In this document: positions 37,024-47,224 of the stretch, one piece after another
Layout: the number at the start of each line of letters is the position of its first letter
Position numbering within the stretch: position 1 is the stretch's first letter
Assembly: GCA_009619095.1 (NCBI GenBank)
Contig: WJOT01000029.1
Span: 736 to 64,735 of the forward strand
Length of the DNA stretch: 64,000 bases
Source of the DNA: Clostridia bacterium
GTDB taxonomy: Bacteria > UBA6262 > WVXT01
Direction of reading: 5' to 3'
The notes under the pieces: generated by a model
Seen by the model: the letters and a program-made list of their open reading frames with translations, nothing else
Told to the model about the DNA's origin: nothing
The model's database searches: none
Translations under genes and position numbers: made by a program

Positions 37024-37458
37024 CTATAAGTGATAATCTCCAGCAGCTTCGGGCTGATAGAGTACTTCTAAGACCTTCAACTTTCTCAATCTCGCTGGAA
37101 CTTTCCATTCGATAACATCGCCAACTTTATATCCCAGTAATGCAGTTCCAATTGGGGCCAAAATTGAAATTTTGTTTTGGTCAGGATCCGCACTATCAGG
37201 AAAGACTAAGCTATAAATCATTTCTTCCCGAGTAGCTAAATCTTTGAGACGAACTTTGGAATTCATTGTAATTACATCTTTAGGAATTCCCTTTGATTTA
37301 ACTACCTTACCTCGATTCAACTCTCCTTCTAATTTCTTTAGATATATTTCATGTTCACTGCCAAACACTCTGGCATCTCTGATTAATTGTTTTAATCGTT
37401 TCTTATCCGAATCAGTAATATAAATTACTTTCTCTGTCATTACACACCACTCGTTCAT
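37024..37458 (-). CDS. GreA/GreB-family protein, Rnk-like
   Basis: C-terminal GreA/B FKBP-like domain ([22 protein letters not shown]). ATGA overlap with the upstream gene. Confidence 0.7.
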   Translation of the reverse strand: MNEWCVMTEKVIYITDSDKKRLKQLIRDARVFGSEHEIYLKKLEGELNRGKVVKSKGIPKDVITMNSKVRLKDLATREEMIYSLVFPDSADPDQNKISILAPIGTALLGYKVGDVIEWKVPARLRKLKVLEVLYQPEAAGDYHL

Positions 37459-37862
37459 TTCTTTTTGAAGAAGAGCCAGTTTTTGTCTTGGGGATTCTTG
37501 GGCTGTAACTTTATCAGGCAGTAGGTGCCTTTTAATTTTTTGCCTTTTAATTCAAAGATTAGTTCTTTATTAGCCTGGAACTTTACCGGGATATAATATC
37601 CTTTATCCCATATTTCTACAGTTCCTGCGCCATATAATCCTTCGGCTATCTCACCTTCAAAATCCTCATATCCTAACGAATGGTCTTCAACCTGAATGGC
37701 TAATCGTTTGATGCCTTCTTTTGTTGGCGGTTCTTTGGGAATGGCCCAGCTTTTTAATACATCATCTTTTTCCAGACGGAAATCGTAATGGAGACGTGTG
37801 GCTTGGTGTTTCTGGACTACAAAGATAAGATTTTTTGATTTTTTAGGCGTCTTTTTAGGCAT
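37455..37862 (-). CDS. Stand-alone LigD 3'-phosphoesterase-like domain protein
   Basis: [18 protein letters not shown]...[11 protein letters not shown]...[13 protein letters not shown] matches the LigD N-terminal PE domain. No ligase or polymerase domain is present. Confidence 0.7.
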   Translation of the reverse strand: MPKKTPKKSKNLIFVVQKHQATRLHYDFRLEKDDVLKSWAIPKEPPTKEGIKRLAIQVEDHSLGYEDFEGEIAEGLYGAGTVEIWDKGYYIPVKFQANKELIFELKGKKLKGTYCLIKLQPKNPQDKNWLFFKKK

Positions 37863-38493
37863 AAAAATCCTTTCTAGAAGGGCAGAGTTTTTGTAAAATG
37901 CATTCTAAGCATTTTGGTTTTTTTGCATCACAAACCTTTCTGCCATGGTCAATTAGAAGATAGCTAAACTTTCCCCATTCCTTCTTATCTAATATTTTCA
38001 TTAAATCCTGTTCAATCTTCTGGGGGTCTTGATTCTTAGTAAGCCCTAACCTCTGGCTTAATCTCCGGACATGGGTATCGACTGTTATGCCGTCTACTTT
38101 TCCAAATCCATTGAGAAGCACTATGTTTGCTGTTTTTCTGGCTACTCCGGGTAGTTGCAGTAATTTATCCATTGAATCTGGTAATTTACTGTTAAAATCT
38201 TTTACAATCTTTTGAGCTGTTGATATTATGTTTTTTGCTTTATTACGATAGAATCCTGTTGAGCGGATTTCCTGCTCAAAAGTTTTCAAGTTAGCTTTTG
38301 CGTAATCCTGGACTTTCCTATACTTTTTGAAAAGAGACTTAGTCACTATATTTACTCTCTTATCAGTACATTGGGCAGAAAGAACTGTAGCTACTAAAAT
38401 CTCTAAAGGAGTGCTAAAATTTAAGGCAATTTTTGCTTTGGGATACTCTTTTTTTAGTAAGAGTAATATCTTATCCATATCTTTCGTTGACAT
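37855..38493 (-). CDS. nth: Endonuclease III
   Basis: HhH-GPD fold ([16 protein letters not shown]) and a 4Fe-4S cluster loop [17 protein letters not shown]. Confidence 0.9.
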   Translation of the reverse strand: MSTKDMDKILLLLKKEYPKAKIALNFSTPLEILVATVLSAQCTDKRVNIVTKSLFKKYRKVQDYAKANLKTFEQEIRSTGFYRNKAKNIISTAQKIVKDFNSKLPDSMDKLLQLPGVARKTANIVLLNGFGKVDGITVDTHVRRLSQRLGLTKNQDPQKIEQDLMKILDKKEWGKFSYLLIDHGRKVCDAKKPKCLECILQKLCPSRKDFYA

Positions 38494-38547
38494 TAGTCTC
38501 TCATCTCTTGGGAGCTTTTCGGCACCGGTTGGGACACCAAGACTAAA

Positions 38548-38745
38548 TCAAGCGCCTTTCTTTCCTGTCGCTATCTCCTTTAAGACTTTTTCCAGTTGCT
38601 TCTTCTCATAAAGCCTGTAATTATTCATAGGATGGCGCGTTGCCTTCAGCTTCTTCTCATTATCCCAGCGCCTTAAAGTCATAGGAGATACGCCAAGAAA
38701 GCTGGCTGCTTCTTTGACAGTCATATAGTGGTTTAGTTTAACCAT
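38548..38745 (-). CDS. Small MerR/excisionase-type HTH protein
   Basis: MTVKEAASFLGVSPMTLRRWDNEKKL..YRLY is a MerR-superfamily HTH. Confidence 0.6.
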   Translation of the reverse strand: MVKLNHYMTVKEAASFLGVSPMTLRRWDNEKKLKATRHPMNNYRLYEKKQLEKVLKEIATGKKGA

Positions 38746-38822
38746 TTTACTATACCTTTGCTAACATTATACAAGTTTATTCATAAAAGTAAAGAGAATT
38801 TTGAGTTCTGGGGACACAATAC

Positions 38823-39482
38823 TTAATTATTCTTCTGAGGCCCCGGCTTCTTCTTTTTCAATACTTTTCCGGTTATTTCCTCAAGTTTAGTAATAAATTT
38901 CTCATCACCTAAAGGTCGGCCGGTGTGAGCATGTTCTCTGAAGAGATTCCTATCTATGTCTCTATCGTCTTCAGCAAGATATGATGACCAGTCTTCTATT
39001 TCTGAAAGCATAAAGTTATCAGAAAGTAAAATATCCTTTTCTTTCAGAACATGAGCTTTCGCACTTGACCAAGGGTAATCTTCAGCCCTTTTCACTAACC
39101 CTGCTCTTACTGGATTGCGTTCAACATAACGCACAGCCGCATAAAGATACTGCTCGTTCAATGGATAAGACATAAATCGCCCCTGCCACAGATATCCTTT
39201 CCATCCTTCACGAAAATTAATCCTGCGGGTGTAGTATCTGTGTGCCCGGCCTATTCCTCTCGCTAAACTGTCTTCATTCTTGGGGACAGCTATTAAATGC
39301 ACATGATTATCCATTAAACAATATGCCCAAAAAATTACACCAGCTTCTATGGCATACTTACATAGAAGATTAATATAGGATTTCTTATCTTGGTCGTTGA
39401 AGAATACATTCTGAGAGCGATTGCCACGTTGGATAATATGATGAGGATAGTTAGGTATGACGATACGTGCTATTCGTGCCAT
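38823..39482 (-). CDS. REP-associated tyrosine transposase (RAYT, IS200-like Y1 transposase)
   Basis: HUH motif in NHVHLIAVP and the catalytic-Tyr region YAAVRYVERNPVRAGLV. PHHIIQRGN at the N-terminus is typical of RAYTs. Confidence 0.85.
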   Translation of the reverse strand: MARIARIVIPNYPHHIIQRGNRSQNVFFNDQDKKSYINLLCKYAIEAGVIFWAYCLMDNHVHLIAVPKNEDSLARGIGRAHRYYTRRINFREGWKGYLWQGRFMSYPLNEQYLYAAVRYVERNPVRAGLVKRAEDYPWSSAKAHVLKEKDILLSDNFMLSEIEDWSSYLAEDDRDIDRNLFREHAHTGRPLGDEKFITKLEEITGKVLKKKKPGPQKNN

Positions 39483-39537
39483 AGCATAATTCTAACAAAT
39501 CAAGTATCAGAAATCAATAATTAAGTATTGTATCCCA

Positions 39538-39605
39538 GGAACTGGTAGGACGGAACTGGTGGGACGGAACTGGTGGGACGAAACTGGTGGGACGAAACTG
39601 GTGGA
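39538..39605. repeat. Tandem repeat, 14-nt unit GGAACTGGTGGGAC x about 4.8
   Basis: Read directly: ggaactggtaggac ggaactggtgggac ggaactggtgggac gaaactggtgggac gaaactggtgg. It sits between the two right-end 21-mers. Confidence 0.9.
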
Positions 39606-39637
39606 TAATTAAGTATTGTGTCCCCGGAATTACGGAA

Positions 39638-40867
39638 TTAGGGTTCGGTGCGGGGAATGACTACAATTCCTTCAGGGGAGACGTGATACTTCTTACGGTC
39701 TTCTTCTAAATTATAACCAATGATTGTTCTTGGGGGAATTTTGACATTCTTGTCGATAATTGTGCGTTTGATCCGCGCATGCCTTCCGATGTCTACATTG
39801 TCCATAAGAATTGACTGGTTTACCTCGGAATAGCTGTGGATGAATACGTTTCTGCCTATTACAGAATCTCTTACTGTTCCACCACTAATGATGGTGCCTT
39901 CACAGACGATGGAGTTTAAAGACACTCCTTGTCGTCCGTGTTCATCGAATACAAACTTGGCTGGTGGAAGTTCAGTGTAACTGGTGGTCTTAATTGGCCA
40001 GCGAGGATTGTAGAGGTTAAAGGAAGGGGTGATGGCGCGAAGGTCCATATTTGCCTGATAATAATTATCGATTGTTCCTATATCGCGCCAGTAACTAGTC
40101 TCTTTTGAGTCTTCCTCACCGGGAATCTTATTTTCTTTAAAGTCGTAGGCAAAGACCTTCTTTTTCTGATAGAGGATAGGAATGATGTCCTTCCCGAAAT
40201 CGTGCTTGGTCTTTTTTCTTAGGGTGTCCTCTTCCAGTTCACTTATCAATATGTCGGTGTTGAAAAGGTAATTTCCCAGAGAGGCTAAAGCTTCATTAGG
40301 TCGACCAGGAATGGCGCGGGGCTTTTTGGGCTTTTCCTGAAAGCCAATGATGAGACCATCTTTCTCTACACTGATAATACCCAGTTGTGATGCATCTTTA
40401 ATAGGAACGGAAACAGCGGCTACAGTAACATCGGTATTATTTTTGATATGAAATTTCACCATCTGGCGAATATCCATCCTGTAAATGTGGTCTGCCCCAA
40501 AAACAGCTACAATATCTGGATTGACCCGTTTAATTAAGTTCAAATTCTGATAGATAGCATCAGCAGTTCCTTTGTACCAACTCTTTCCTAAACGCATCTG
40601 GGCAGGAACGGTAACAATAAAGTGGTCTCTCATAACCTGTCCCAGTTGCCAACCGTCCTGGAGATGCTCAATGAGAGACTGTGCTTTAAATTGTGTTAGC
40701 ACATAGACGGCATAAATACCTGAATTGAGAAAATTACTGAGGACGAAATCGATTAGTCGGTATTTGCCTCCAAAAGGCACTGCTGGTTTGGTTCTATCTT
40801 TGGTGAGGGGGTAAAGTCTCTCTCCTTTCCCACCTGCCATAATCATACCGAGAATTTTTGGTTTCAT
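39638..40867 (-). CDS. glgC: Glucose-1-phosphate adenylyltransferase
   Basis: GMIMAGGKGERLYPLTKDRTKPAVPFGGKYRLIDF N-terminus and a left-handed beta-helix C-terminus. Confidence 0.9.
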   Translation of the reverse strand: MKPKILGMIMAGGKGERLYPLTKDRTKPAVPFGGKYRLIDFVLSNFLNSGIYAVYVLTQFKAQSLIEHLQDGWQLGQVMRDHFIVTVPAQMRLGKSWYKGTADAIYQNLNLIKRVNPDIVAVFGADHIYRMDIRQMVKFHIKNNTDVTVAAVSVPIKDASQLGIISVEKDGLIIGFQEKPKKPRAIPGRPNEALASLGNYLFNTDILISELEEDTLRKKTKHDFGKDIIPILYQKKKVFAYDFKENKIPGEEDSKETSYWRDIGTIDNYYQANMDLRAITPSFNLYNPRWPIKTTSYTELPPAKFVFDEHGRQGVSLNSIVCEGTIISGGTVRDSVIGRNVFIHSYSEVNQSILMDNVDIGRHARIKRTIIDKNVKIPPRTIIGYNLEEDRKKYHVSPEGIVVIPRTEP

Positions 40868-40967
40868 TTTCTTATCTTTTCGATAGAATATAAGTTTAAA
40901 AAAAATAAAAAAGCAGGATTATTAACTTATAAATCCTGCTTCATAAGGTTTTTACCTTATAGATATT

Positions 40968-41348
40968 TTAAGCTGGTTTCTCCATTTTGGCTTTACATTT
41001 GATGCATAAGCGAGCATAGGGAACTACTTTCAGTCGCTTTTTGGTTATTATATTACCGCACTTTTCGCACATTCCAAAACGGCCTTGTTCAATCTTTTTT
41101 AAAGCACTTTCAATAGCTTCTAATCTTTGCCTTTCACCATGATTGAGTTCAAAAAGTAATTCCCGGGCAGAAGAATCGGCTGCTTGGTCGACACTATCTC
41201 CTACCTCGCTACTAGGATACTCTTTTTCGTTCTCTGTTGTTTTCTGGACCAAGTTGAGCAACTCTTCTTTTAAATGGACGAGTTGTTCTTTAAATTTCTT
41301 TATTTCTTTTGCACTTATTCTTTTTTTCGATGTGGTTGCTTTTTTCAT
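40968..41348 (-). CDS. DksA/TraR-family C4 zinc-finger protein
   Basis: Coiled-coil region plus CEKCGNIITKKRLKVVPYARLCIKC. Confidence 0.8.
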   Translation of the reverse strand: MKKATTSKKRISAKEIKKFKEQLVHLKEELLNLVQKTTENEKEYPSSEVGDSVDQAADSSARELLFELNHGERQRLEAIESALKKIEQGRFGMCEKCGNIITKKRLKVVPYARLCIKCKAKMEKPA

Positions 41349-41485
41349 AGATACTTTCTACAGCATGTCTTAGCCCCGATTCATCGGGGCCACGGTCTTT
41401 TCAGTCGCTGACAATATATTTATTAATATAAGAATAAATAATTTTTCATTAATTGTCAAGGGAAAAATTAAAATAATTTAGATAC

Positions 41486-43528
41486 TTATGAGCCGAATTT
41501 CCAGGAGATTCCTGCCATAATCGTTCTGCCGGGCATTGGATAACCTTGATCATCAAAGCTTGTTCCAAACTGTTCCTCATAGTCTGCGTCAAGGAGATTA
41601 TTCCCAGTAATAAAAATTTCTAAATTCTCAAGAATTCTCTGGCTGATTTTAGCATTGAGTGTAAAATGTTTTGCCAGTTCTTTAGTGTTCATGGTAACAT
41701 TAGGTGATTTGGAATAATCAGAATAGTAATTTACCATTTTATCAAGAAACTGTCCATTTATACTTACTTTTAAATCAAAATTGCTTTGGTAATTCAAATC
41801 AAAGTTTATTTTATTACAGGGAACAAATGCTGCCTTTCTCTCCTTCTCCTCAAGTCTGGTAGTAGTCTTACCTGTCATCCAATCATAAGAAGAATAAACT
41901 ACTTCTTTTTTTCTCTGCTTAGCATTAAGGAATGTATAACTTATTCTGGAGGTAATTTGCTTGGTAAGATTAGCGTTAAATTCAAGCTCAGCTCCCCAAG
42001 TAGAATGTTTAGCAACATTTGATGGTTTCCATGAGCCGGAGGCATCTGGCATCCAGGCAATCATATCTTTTATTTCCCGATTAAAAAGTGATGCTCTAAT
42101 AAAGAAATTATTTGATATTTCACTTTCTCCGCCAATCTCAGCCTGCCAGCCTGTCTCTGGTTTTAAATCAGGGTTTCCACCCTCTGGCCAATAAAGGTCG
42201 TTAAATGTAGGAGCACGGAAAGCTTTGCCTATAGAGCCACGGATTCTATTTTTTTTATTTATCTTATAAATAGCCCCAAAATTCGGACTGAGTTGTGCAC
42301 CATAAGTAGAATGGTGGTCATAACGAAGACCCAGAGTTGTTGTAATTGGTGCAAAAATATTCCATCTATTTTCTAACCATAACCCGTAGATATCAGTTTC
42401 AGGATTCCATTCCTTAAGAGTAACTTCTCCTGTATTAGTATTGGTAATATTCTCTTTAACATTGAACTTATCGTGGTGACCATCCATTCCTAAAAGAATA
42501 GTATTTTTGTCTGATAAATTATGTTTATATTCAATATATCCGCCTTTGATATTTGTTATATATTTGTCATCTTCTTCGAGTTTAACCCCGGTCCAGATGT
42601 CGTCGTAAACAGAATGATATTTCATTTTTCGGTTGTCTATATAACCTTTAATAAATAATTTTGAATTTTCCATCACTGGGAGTTCTAATGACATATCGCA
42701 CATAAAATTTTTATCTTTTTGACAGTCGTATAAAGATGTTACGTTTTGATCGCCATATTTCGTCGTTGTTCCTTTTTCCGGTTTCGGGCCAGGAAGCCCT
42801 AACTCACTGTCATGATAACGAAGTGACATAGTAGTTGTAATATCCTCTTTAAAATTATAAGTGAACTTACCGGTTATATCATTAGCATCATAATCATTGT
42901 TCCTTCTCAAACCATCAGATTTTTTCTTACCTGTTGTTATCAAATAACCAAGATTACCGAAACTTGACCCATTCTCAAATTTATATACATGGGTGTTAAA
43001 AGTTTCATAAGAAATTTCCACCCGATTGACTAATTTCTGCGGAGGCTCTTTAGTAATAATATTAACTACCCCTCCCAGGGCGTTGGCACCATAAAGATGT
43101 GATGTAGGTCCTCTTACTATCTCTATTCGTTGAACATCTTCAAGAGAAATTTGACTGAGGTTAGCCTCGCCAAAGGAAATAGAATTTATCGGTTTGCCGT
43201 CTATCAGTACGAGTACTCTATTTGCTAATGAACCCCGCAGACTGATGGATGCTGATGCTCCTAATGAGCCATAATTTTTTACTTCTGCTCCAGTAACGAT
43301 TTCGAGAATTTCCCCGACGGTCTTTGCATTTGACCTTTCAATTTCTTCTTCAGTGATGACACTCGTGGCGACAGGAACATCTCTTAATGGTTGCTCTAAC
43401 CTGCTTGGTGTAATTACGATGACTCCCAGGTCTCCCATATAGACTGCTTCTTCCTCTCCCAGGGCAAGACCAGCCACAAGTAGAAGGGCTGTTGAAATTA
43501 AAATCAAATTTTTCTTTCTTAAAAACAT
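41486..43528 (-). CDS. TonB-dependent outer-membrane receptor, probable cobalamin receptor by operon context
   Basis: Signal peptide, plug domain (DVPVATSVITEEEIERS, SLRG) and a beta-barrel. It is the last gene of the riboswitch-headed cob/btu gene string. Confidence 0.8.
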   Translation of the reverse strand: MFLRKKNLILISTALLLVAGLALGEEEAVYMGDLGVIVITPSRLEQPLRDVPVATSVITEEEIERSNAKTVGEILEIVTGAEVKNYGSLGASASISLRGSLANRVLVLIDGKPINSISFGEANLSQISLEDVQRIEIVRGPTSHLYGANALGGVVNIITKEPPQKLVNRVEISYETFNTHVYKFENGSSFGNLGYLITTGKKKSDGLRRNNDYDANDITGKFTYNFKEDITTTMSLRYHDSELGLPGPKPEKGTTTKYGDQNVTSLYDCQKDKNFMCDMSLELPVMENSKLFIKGYIDNRKMKYHSVYDDIWTGVKLEEDDKYITNIKGGYIEYKHNLSDKNTILLGMDGHHDKFNVKENITNTNTGEVTLKEWNPETDIYGLWLENRWNIFAPITTTLGLRYDHHSTYGAQLSPNFGAIYKINKKNRIRGSIGKAFRAPTFNDLYWPEGGNPDLKPETGWQAEIGGESEISNNFFIRASLFNREIKDMIAWMPDASGSWKPSNVAKHSTWGAELEFNANLTKQITSRISYTFLNAKQRKKEVVYSSYDWMTGKTTTRLEEKERKAAFVPCNKINFDLNYQSNFDLKVSINGQFLDKMVNYYSDYSKSPNVTMNTKELAKHFTLNAKISQRILENLEIFITGNNLLDADYEEQFGTSFDDQGYPMPGRTIMAGISWKFGS

Positions 43529-43554
43529 TTGATTCTACCTCCTTTTTAGTTTCC

Positions 43555-43637
43555 GTAGTCGCAACCTTCAGGTTGCGAAACGCTCCGATGAATCGGAGCT
43601 ACTCCTTTTCTAAACGCAGACTAAAGTCTGCTACTCC
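43555..43637. repeat. REP array E (three units in mixed orientation)
   Basis: GTAG plus gcaacc-ttc-aggttgc on the plus strand (43555-43576). Then ACGC..TACTCC units at 43578-43605 and 43614-43637. Confidence 0.8.
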
Positions 43638-43640
43638 TAA

Positions 43641-44186
43641 TTAATACTCAATGCCTCTTCTTTCTTTTACGCCTTGATGAAAGGGGTGTTTTATTTTCTT
43701 CATCTCGGTTACTAAATCTGCCCTTTCTATAATCTTTTTGGTCGCTCCCCTTCCAGTTAAAATAATTTCTAAGGACTCTGGCTTCTTCTCCAGAAGGTCT
43801 AAAATTTCTTCCTCCTTCAAAAACCCGTCCCGTATGGTAATCAATATCTCGTCTAAAATTAGCATATCATAGCCCTTCTGAAATATTTCCTTAATGGACT
43901 CTATTGCCTTCAGGCACTTTTCCCTTATCTGTTCGGCTGTAATATTCTTGTAGAAGTGGGGATGCTGAGGAACAAAATTAACAACTTCTATTCCCAGTCC
44001 CTTCAGGAGTTCTACCTCACCGTAAGGGAAATCTTTCGGGTTTTTGAAGAAGTAGACAAAGCATACTTTAAACTTATGGCCTTTTGCTCTTATTGCCTGA
44101 CCGATGCTCGCTGTAGTTTTGCCTTTTCCATCGCCCGTGTAAACCTGAATTAATCCTTTCTCTTCCAATTTGTGACACCTCCTCAA
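43641..44186 (-). CDS. cobO: Cob(I)yrinic acid a,c-diamide / cob(I)alamin adenosyltransferase
   Basis: GLIQVYTGDGKGKTTASIGQAIRA P-loop, then DEI...L.TGR. The true start is uncertain: the ORF begins at TTG, and an internal TTG at 44168 has better spacing from GGAGG. Confidence 0.8.
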   Translation of the reverse strand: MRRCHKLEEKGLIQVYTGDGKGKTTASIGQAIRAKGHKFKVCFVYFFKNPKDFPYGEVELLKGLGIEVVNFVPQHPHFYKNITAEQIREKCLKAIESIKEIFQKGYDMLILDEILITIRDGFLKEEEILDLLEKKPESLEIILTGRGATKKIIERADLVTEMKKIKHPFHQGVKERRGIEY

Positions 44187-44345
44187 GATAACCCCTTCGG
44201 GGTTACTTCCATAGGGGCTTCGCCCCTCTGGCGCTCCAAAATGCTCCTGCCCGTCGCATTTTTTCCGCTGTCACCCCTCGGGGGAAACCAGATTGTTTCC
44301 CCCAAACCCCCTAATCCGCATAGGAATTTTTCAAATTCCTATGCT
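44187..44345. repeat. Array of five unrelated short hairpins inside the cob/btu operon
   Basis: aacccc-ttc-ggggtt, agggg-cttcg-cccct, cccc-tc-gggg, ggaaac-cagatt-gtttcc, gcataggaat-ttttcaa-attcctatgc. Confidence 0.5.
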
Positions 44346-45206
44346 TCAAGATATTCTGTTACTTCTGGCGGTTAGTCTTTTCTCCCGGTACTTTTTGGAC
44401 ATCAATTTACTAAGCAAAGTTACCCGGGGCGCGCCAGTAACAGGATTCTCCTCCACAAGAACCTTGCTCTGGTATACCCTGGAAAGATTCTCTTCGGTTA
44501 TTACCTCTTTTGGGCTTCCCATTTTATAAATTCTGCCGGCATCAAGCAGAATCAAACGGTCGCAGTACTCACTGGCTAAATTCAAATCGTGAGCTACTAT
44601 AATTAGAGTTAGTCTCTTTTCAACATTCAATTTCTTGATGAGATCGTAAATCTCTATCTGGTATCCTATATCCAGATGCGCTGTGGGTTCATCGAGCAAC
44701 ATTACCTGTGACCTCTGGGCTAAAGCACGGGCAATTATTGCTCTCTGTCTTTCCCCTCCGGAAAGTTCGAAAATTAGACGATTGCTAAAACTGAGCGTGT
44801 TGGTTAGAGTCATTGCTTGAGAAGCAATTTGCAAATCTCTTTCTGATTCGAATCCAAAACCTGAAAGCCAGGGTGACCTTCCCATGAGAACGACCTCGCC
44901 AACTGTAAATGGGAAAGGGAAATAAGTATCTTGGGGGACGACTCCGATTATCTGGGCAATCTCTTTTTGGCTCAGTGCTAACAGATTTTTCCCATGGAGA
45001 TGGACTTCTCCTTCCTGAGGCATTAAAACCCTGGAGAGTATCCTCAGGATTGTTGTCTTGCCCGAGCCATTGGGTCCTATTATGCCCAGAATCTCTCCCT
45101 CTCTTACCTCAAATGAGAGACCATCAAGCACCCAGCTCTGGTCATACCTAAATCTCAAATCTTTAACTCTAAAAAAAGGGGTCAGAGTCATTTTTTCTCC
45201 ATCCAT
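44346..45206 (-). CDS. btuD: ABC transporter ATP-binding protein (FecE/BtuD type)
   Basis: Walker A GPNGSGKTT, signature LSGGERQR, Walker B MLLDEP. The symbol is inferred from the cobalamin operon context. Confidence 0.75.
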   Translation of the reverse strand: MDGEKMTLTPFFRVKDLRFRYDQSWVLDGLSFEVREGEILGIIGPNGSGKTTILRILSRVLMPQEGEVHLHGKNLLALSQKEIAQIIGVVPQDTYFPFPFTVGEVVLMGRSPWLSGFGFESERDLQIASQAMTLTNTLSFSNRLIFELSGGERQRAIIARALAQRSQVMLLDEPTAHLDIGYQIEIYDLIKKLNVEKRLTLIIVAHDLNLASEYCDRLILLDAGRIYKMGSPKEVITEENLSRVYQSKVLVEENPVTGAPRVTLLSKLMSKKYREKRLTARSNRIS

Positions 45207-45263
45207 TTTTCAACCATCTCGAGATTGCTTCACTTCGTTCGTCCCGATTTTCAATCGGGAACA

Positions 45264-46295
45264 TTAATGGAAAAAGATTGTCTTCTTTTTCCTGAGGAGG
45301 TAGATGAAAAAGGGACCTCCACATATGGCAGTTATCACTCCTACGGGAATTTCTGTGGGCGCCATGAGCGTCCTGGCAAGAGTATCGGCAAGTATAAGAT
45401 ATATACTTCCGAATAGTCCAGCTGCGGGCAAAAGTAGCCTGTGGTCTGAGCCGATAATCATTCTCATAAGATGAGGAATTAATATACCCACGAACCCTAT
45501 AAGACCACTGACTGAAACAGCAGCACCTGTAATTAGTGAAGCACCGATAAAAGCTATCTTTTTGGTGCGTTCTACTTCCAGACCAAGCTGGGTCGCTGAT
45601 TCCTCTCCTAAGACTAAAAGATTGAGACTGCGAGCATAATAGAGAAGTATGAGAATTCCCACTATCACATATAACGAAACTATCACCACCATAGGATACT
45701 CTTGTGAACTCAAGCTACCCATCAGCCAGAAAATTATTCCCTGCACCTTGTGGGGGCCGGCCATAGAGGTGATGAACATAATAATAGCTGCAAGTATGGC
45801 CCCGGTTACCACGCCCACTAAGAGCATTGTTTGAATCGATATTTTCCTGTGTATTTTCGAAATATGGTAAACAAAAAGGATGGTAAGTAATCCTCCGACA
45901 AAACCGAACAGGGGAATTAAGGGTAGGGCACCAATAGTAATGTTCAAACCAAGCAGAATAGCGATTATTGCTCCCAGGGCAGAACCACTGGAGACTCCCA
46001 GGATATAAGGGTCTGCCAAAGGATTCCTTAACAAGGCTTGCAAAACCACACCACTAACTGCAAGCGCTCCCCCTACCATACAGGCAAGTAGTATTCTGGG
46101 AAGTCGCACCTTTAACAGAATTATTGCTTTAGTATTCCACCAGGTTTGACTAGGAGAATTAGAAAATATCTCAAGTAAATCCTTAAGTTTGATGTCTGCT
46201 GAGCCTTGAAAAGAGCAAAATATTATGGTAACAATGAGGAGAATCGTTAAAAGGACTATGGTTATTAACCACTTTTTTAAACTTAAAACTTTCAT
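45264..46295 (-). CDS. btuC: FecCD-family ABC permease (BtuC type)
   Basis: About 10 TM helices, with the typical LRNPLADPYILGVSSGSALG motif. Confidence 0.75.
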   Translation of the reverse strand: MKVLSLKKWLITIVLLTILLIVTIIFCSFQGSADIKLKDLLEIFSNSPSQTWWNTKAIILLKVRLPRILLACMVGGALAVSGVVLQALLRNPLADPYILGVSSGSALGAIIAILLGLNITIGALPLIPLFGFVGGLLTILFVYHISKIHRKISIQTMLLVGVVTGAILAAIIMFITSMAGPHKVQGIIFWLMGSLSSQEYPMVVIVSLYVIVGILILLYYARSLNLLVLGEESATQLGLEVERTKKIAFIGASLITGAAVSVSGLIGFVGILIPHLMRMIIGSDHRLLLPAAGLFGSIYLILADTLARTLMAPTEIPVGVITAICGGPFFIYLLRKKKTIFFH

Positions 46296-47224
46296 CTTTC
46301 TTGCTCCAGAAATATTTCCGGATGTATTGCCTTAGCTATTTCCATAAGCCCCTCAATCATTCTCGGTCCGGGTCTGGTTAACAGATTAGCTTCAACTACA
46401 TAGATTCGACTATTACGCACTGCGGATATATTCGTCCACCTCTTCCACCATTTTTTTTGAGCGAGACAGGAGTCATCGGGAGCCATTGAACAGATGATAA
46501 TCACCTCAGGATCGGCTAAAAGGATCTCTTCCAGTGAGTATTTACGGTATCTAGAGGAGGAATGACCAACTACATTTCTCCCGCCAGCAATCCCGATCAA
46601 ATCGTGGGCAAAGCTCCCCGGACCCACGGATATGAGTGGGTCTTTTCCCATTCCCAGAAATACACCGGGACGAGAGATTTCAGCGACTTTTTTCCTAACT
46701 CCGTGCAGTCTTTCCTTCAAAGCTCCTAAAAGTTCTCCTGCTCTTTCTTCTCGATATGTTATCTTTGCTAATGAAGAGATGTTCTCAAAAATGTCTTCTA
46801 TTTTTTTAGGGTCTAAAACGAAAACTGTAATGCCAAAATCTTCCAGTTGTTGGATTAATCGGGGAGTATTGGTTTTCAGAGTGGTCACTACCAGGTCAGG
46901 TTCGAGTAATGCAATTGCCTCGATGTTGGGGTTTATGTACCCGCCCACTTTTGGCGTAGTTCTCGCTTGTTCAGGATAGTCACAATAGTCTGTTACTCCC
47001 ACCATTTCATTATTCAGTCCCAGGGCAAAGAGTATCTCCGTGATGCTGGGGTCGAGAGAGACTATTCTCTGTGGAGGATGGTTGAATCTCACTTCTCTTT
47101 CGAGGTCATCTATGACTACGACTCCGTATGGAGAATTCGATTTTAAGGGTGGTGCTTGACTGCTGCAAGAGGATACCAACAAAATGGAAATAATTAAGAA
47201 GATAAAATGATGTTTCATAGCCAT
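46292..47224 (-). CDS. btuF: Periplasmic binding lipoprotein (BtuF/FhuD class)
   Basis: Lipobox LLVSSC and RIVSLDPSITEILFALG, typical of cluster A-2 binding proteins. Confidence 0.75.
   Translation of the reverse strand: MAMKHHFIFLIISILLVSSCSSQAPPLKSNSPYGVVVIDDLEREVRFNHPPQRIVSLDPSITEILFALGLNNEMVGVTDYCDYPEQARTTPKVGGYINPNIEAIALLEPDLVVTTLKTNTPRLIQQLEDFGITVFVLDPKKIEDIFENISSLAKITYREERAGELLGALKERLHGVRKKVAEISRPGVFLGMGKDPLISVGPGSFAHDLIGIAGGRNVVGHSSSRYRKYSLEEILLADPEVIIICSMAPDDSCLAQKKWWKRWTNISAVRNSRIYVVEANLLTRPGPRMIEGLMEIAKAIHPEIFLEQER

Larger units (their letters stand above)
38810..39626. mobile_element. RAYT unit (REPtron-like): Y1 transposase gene flanked by inverted 21-mers
   Basis: GGGGACACAATACTTAATTAT at 38810-38830. 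Its inverse lies at 39517-39537 (2 mismatches) and again at 39606-39626. Confidence 0.75.
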
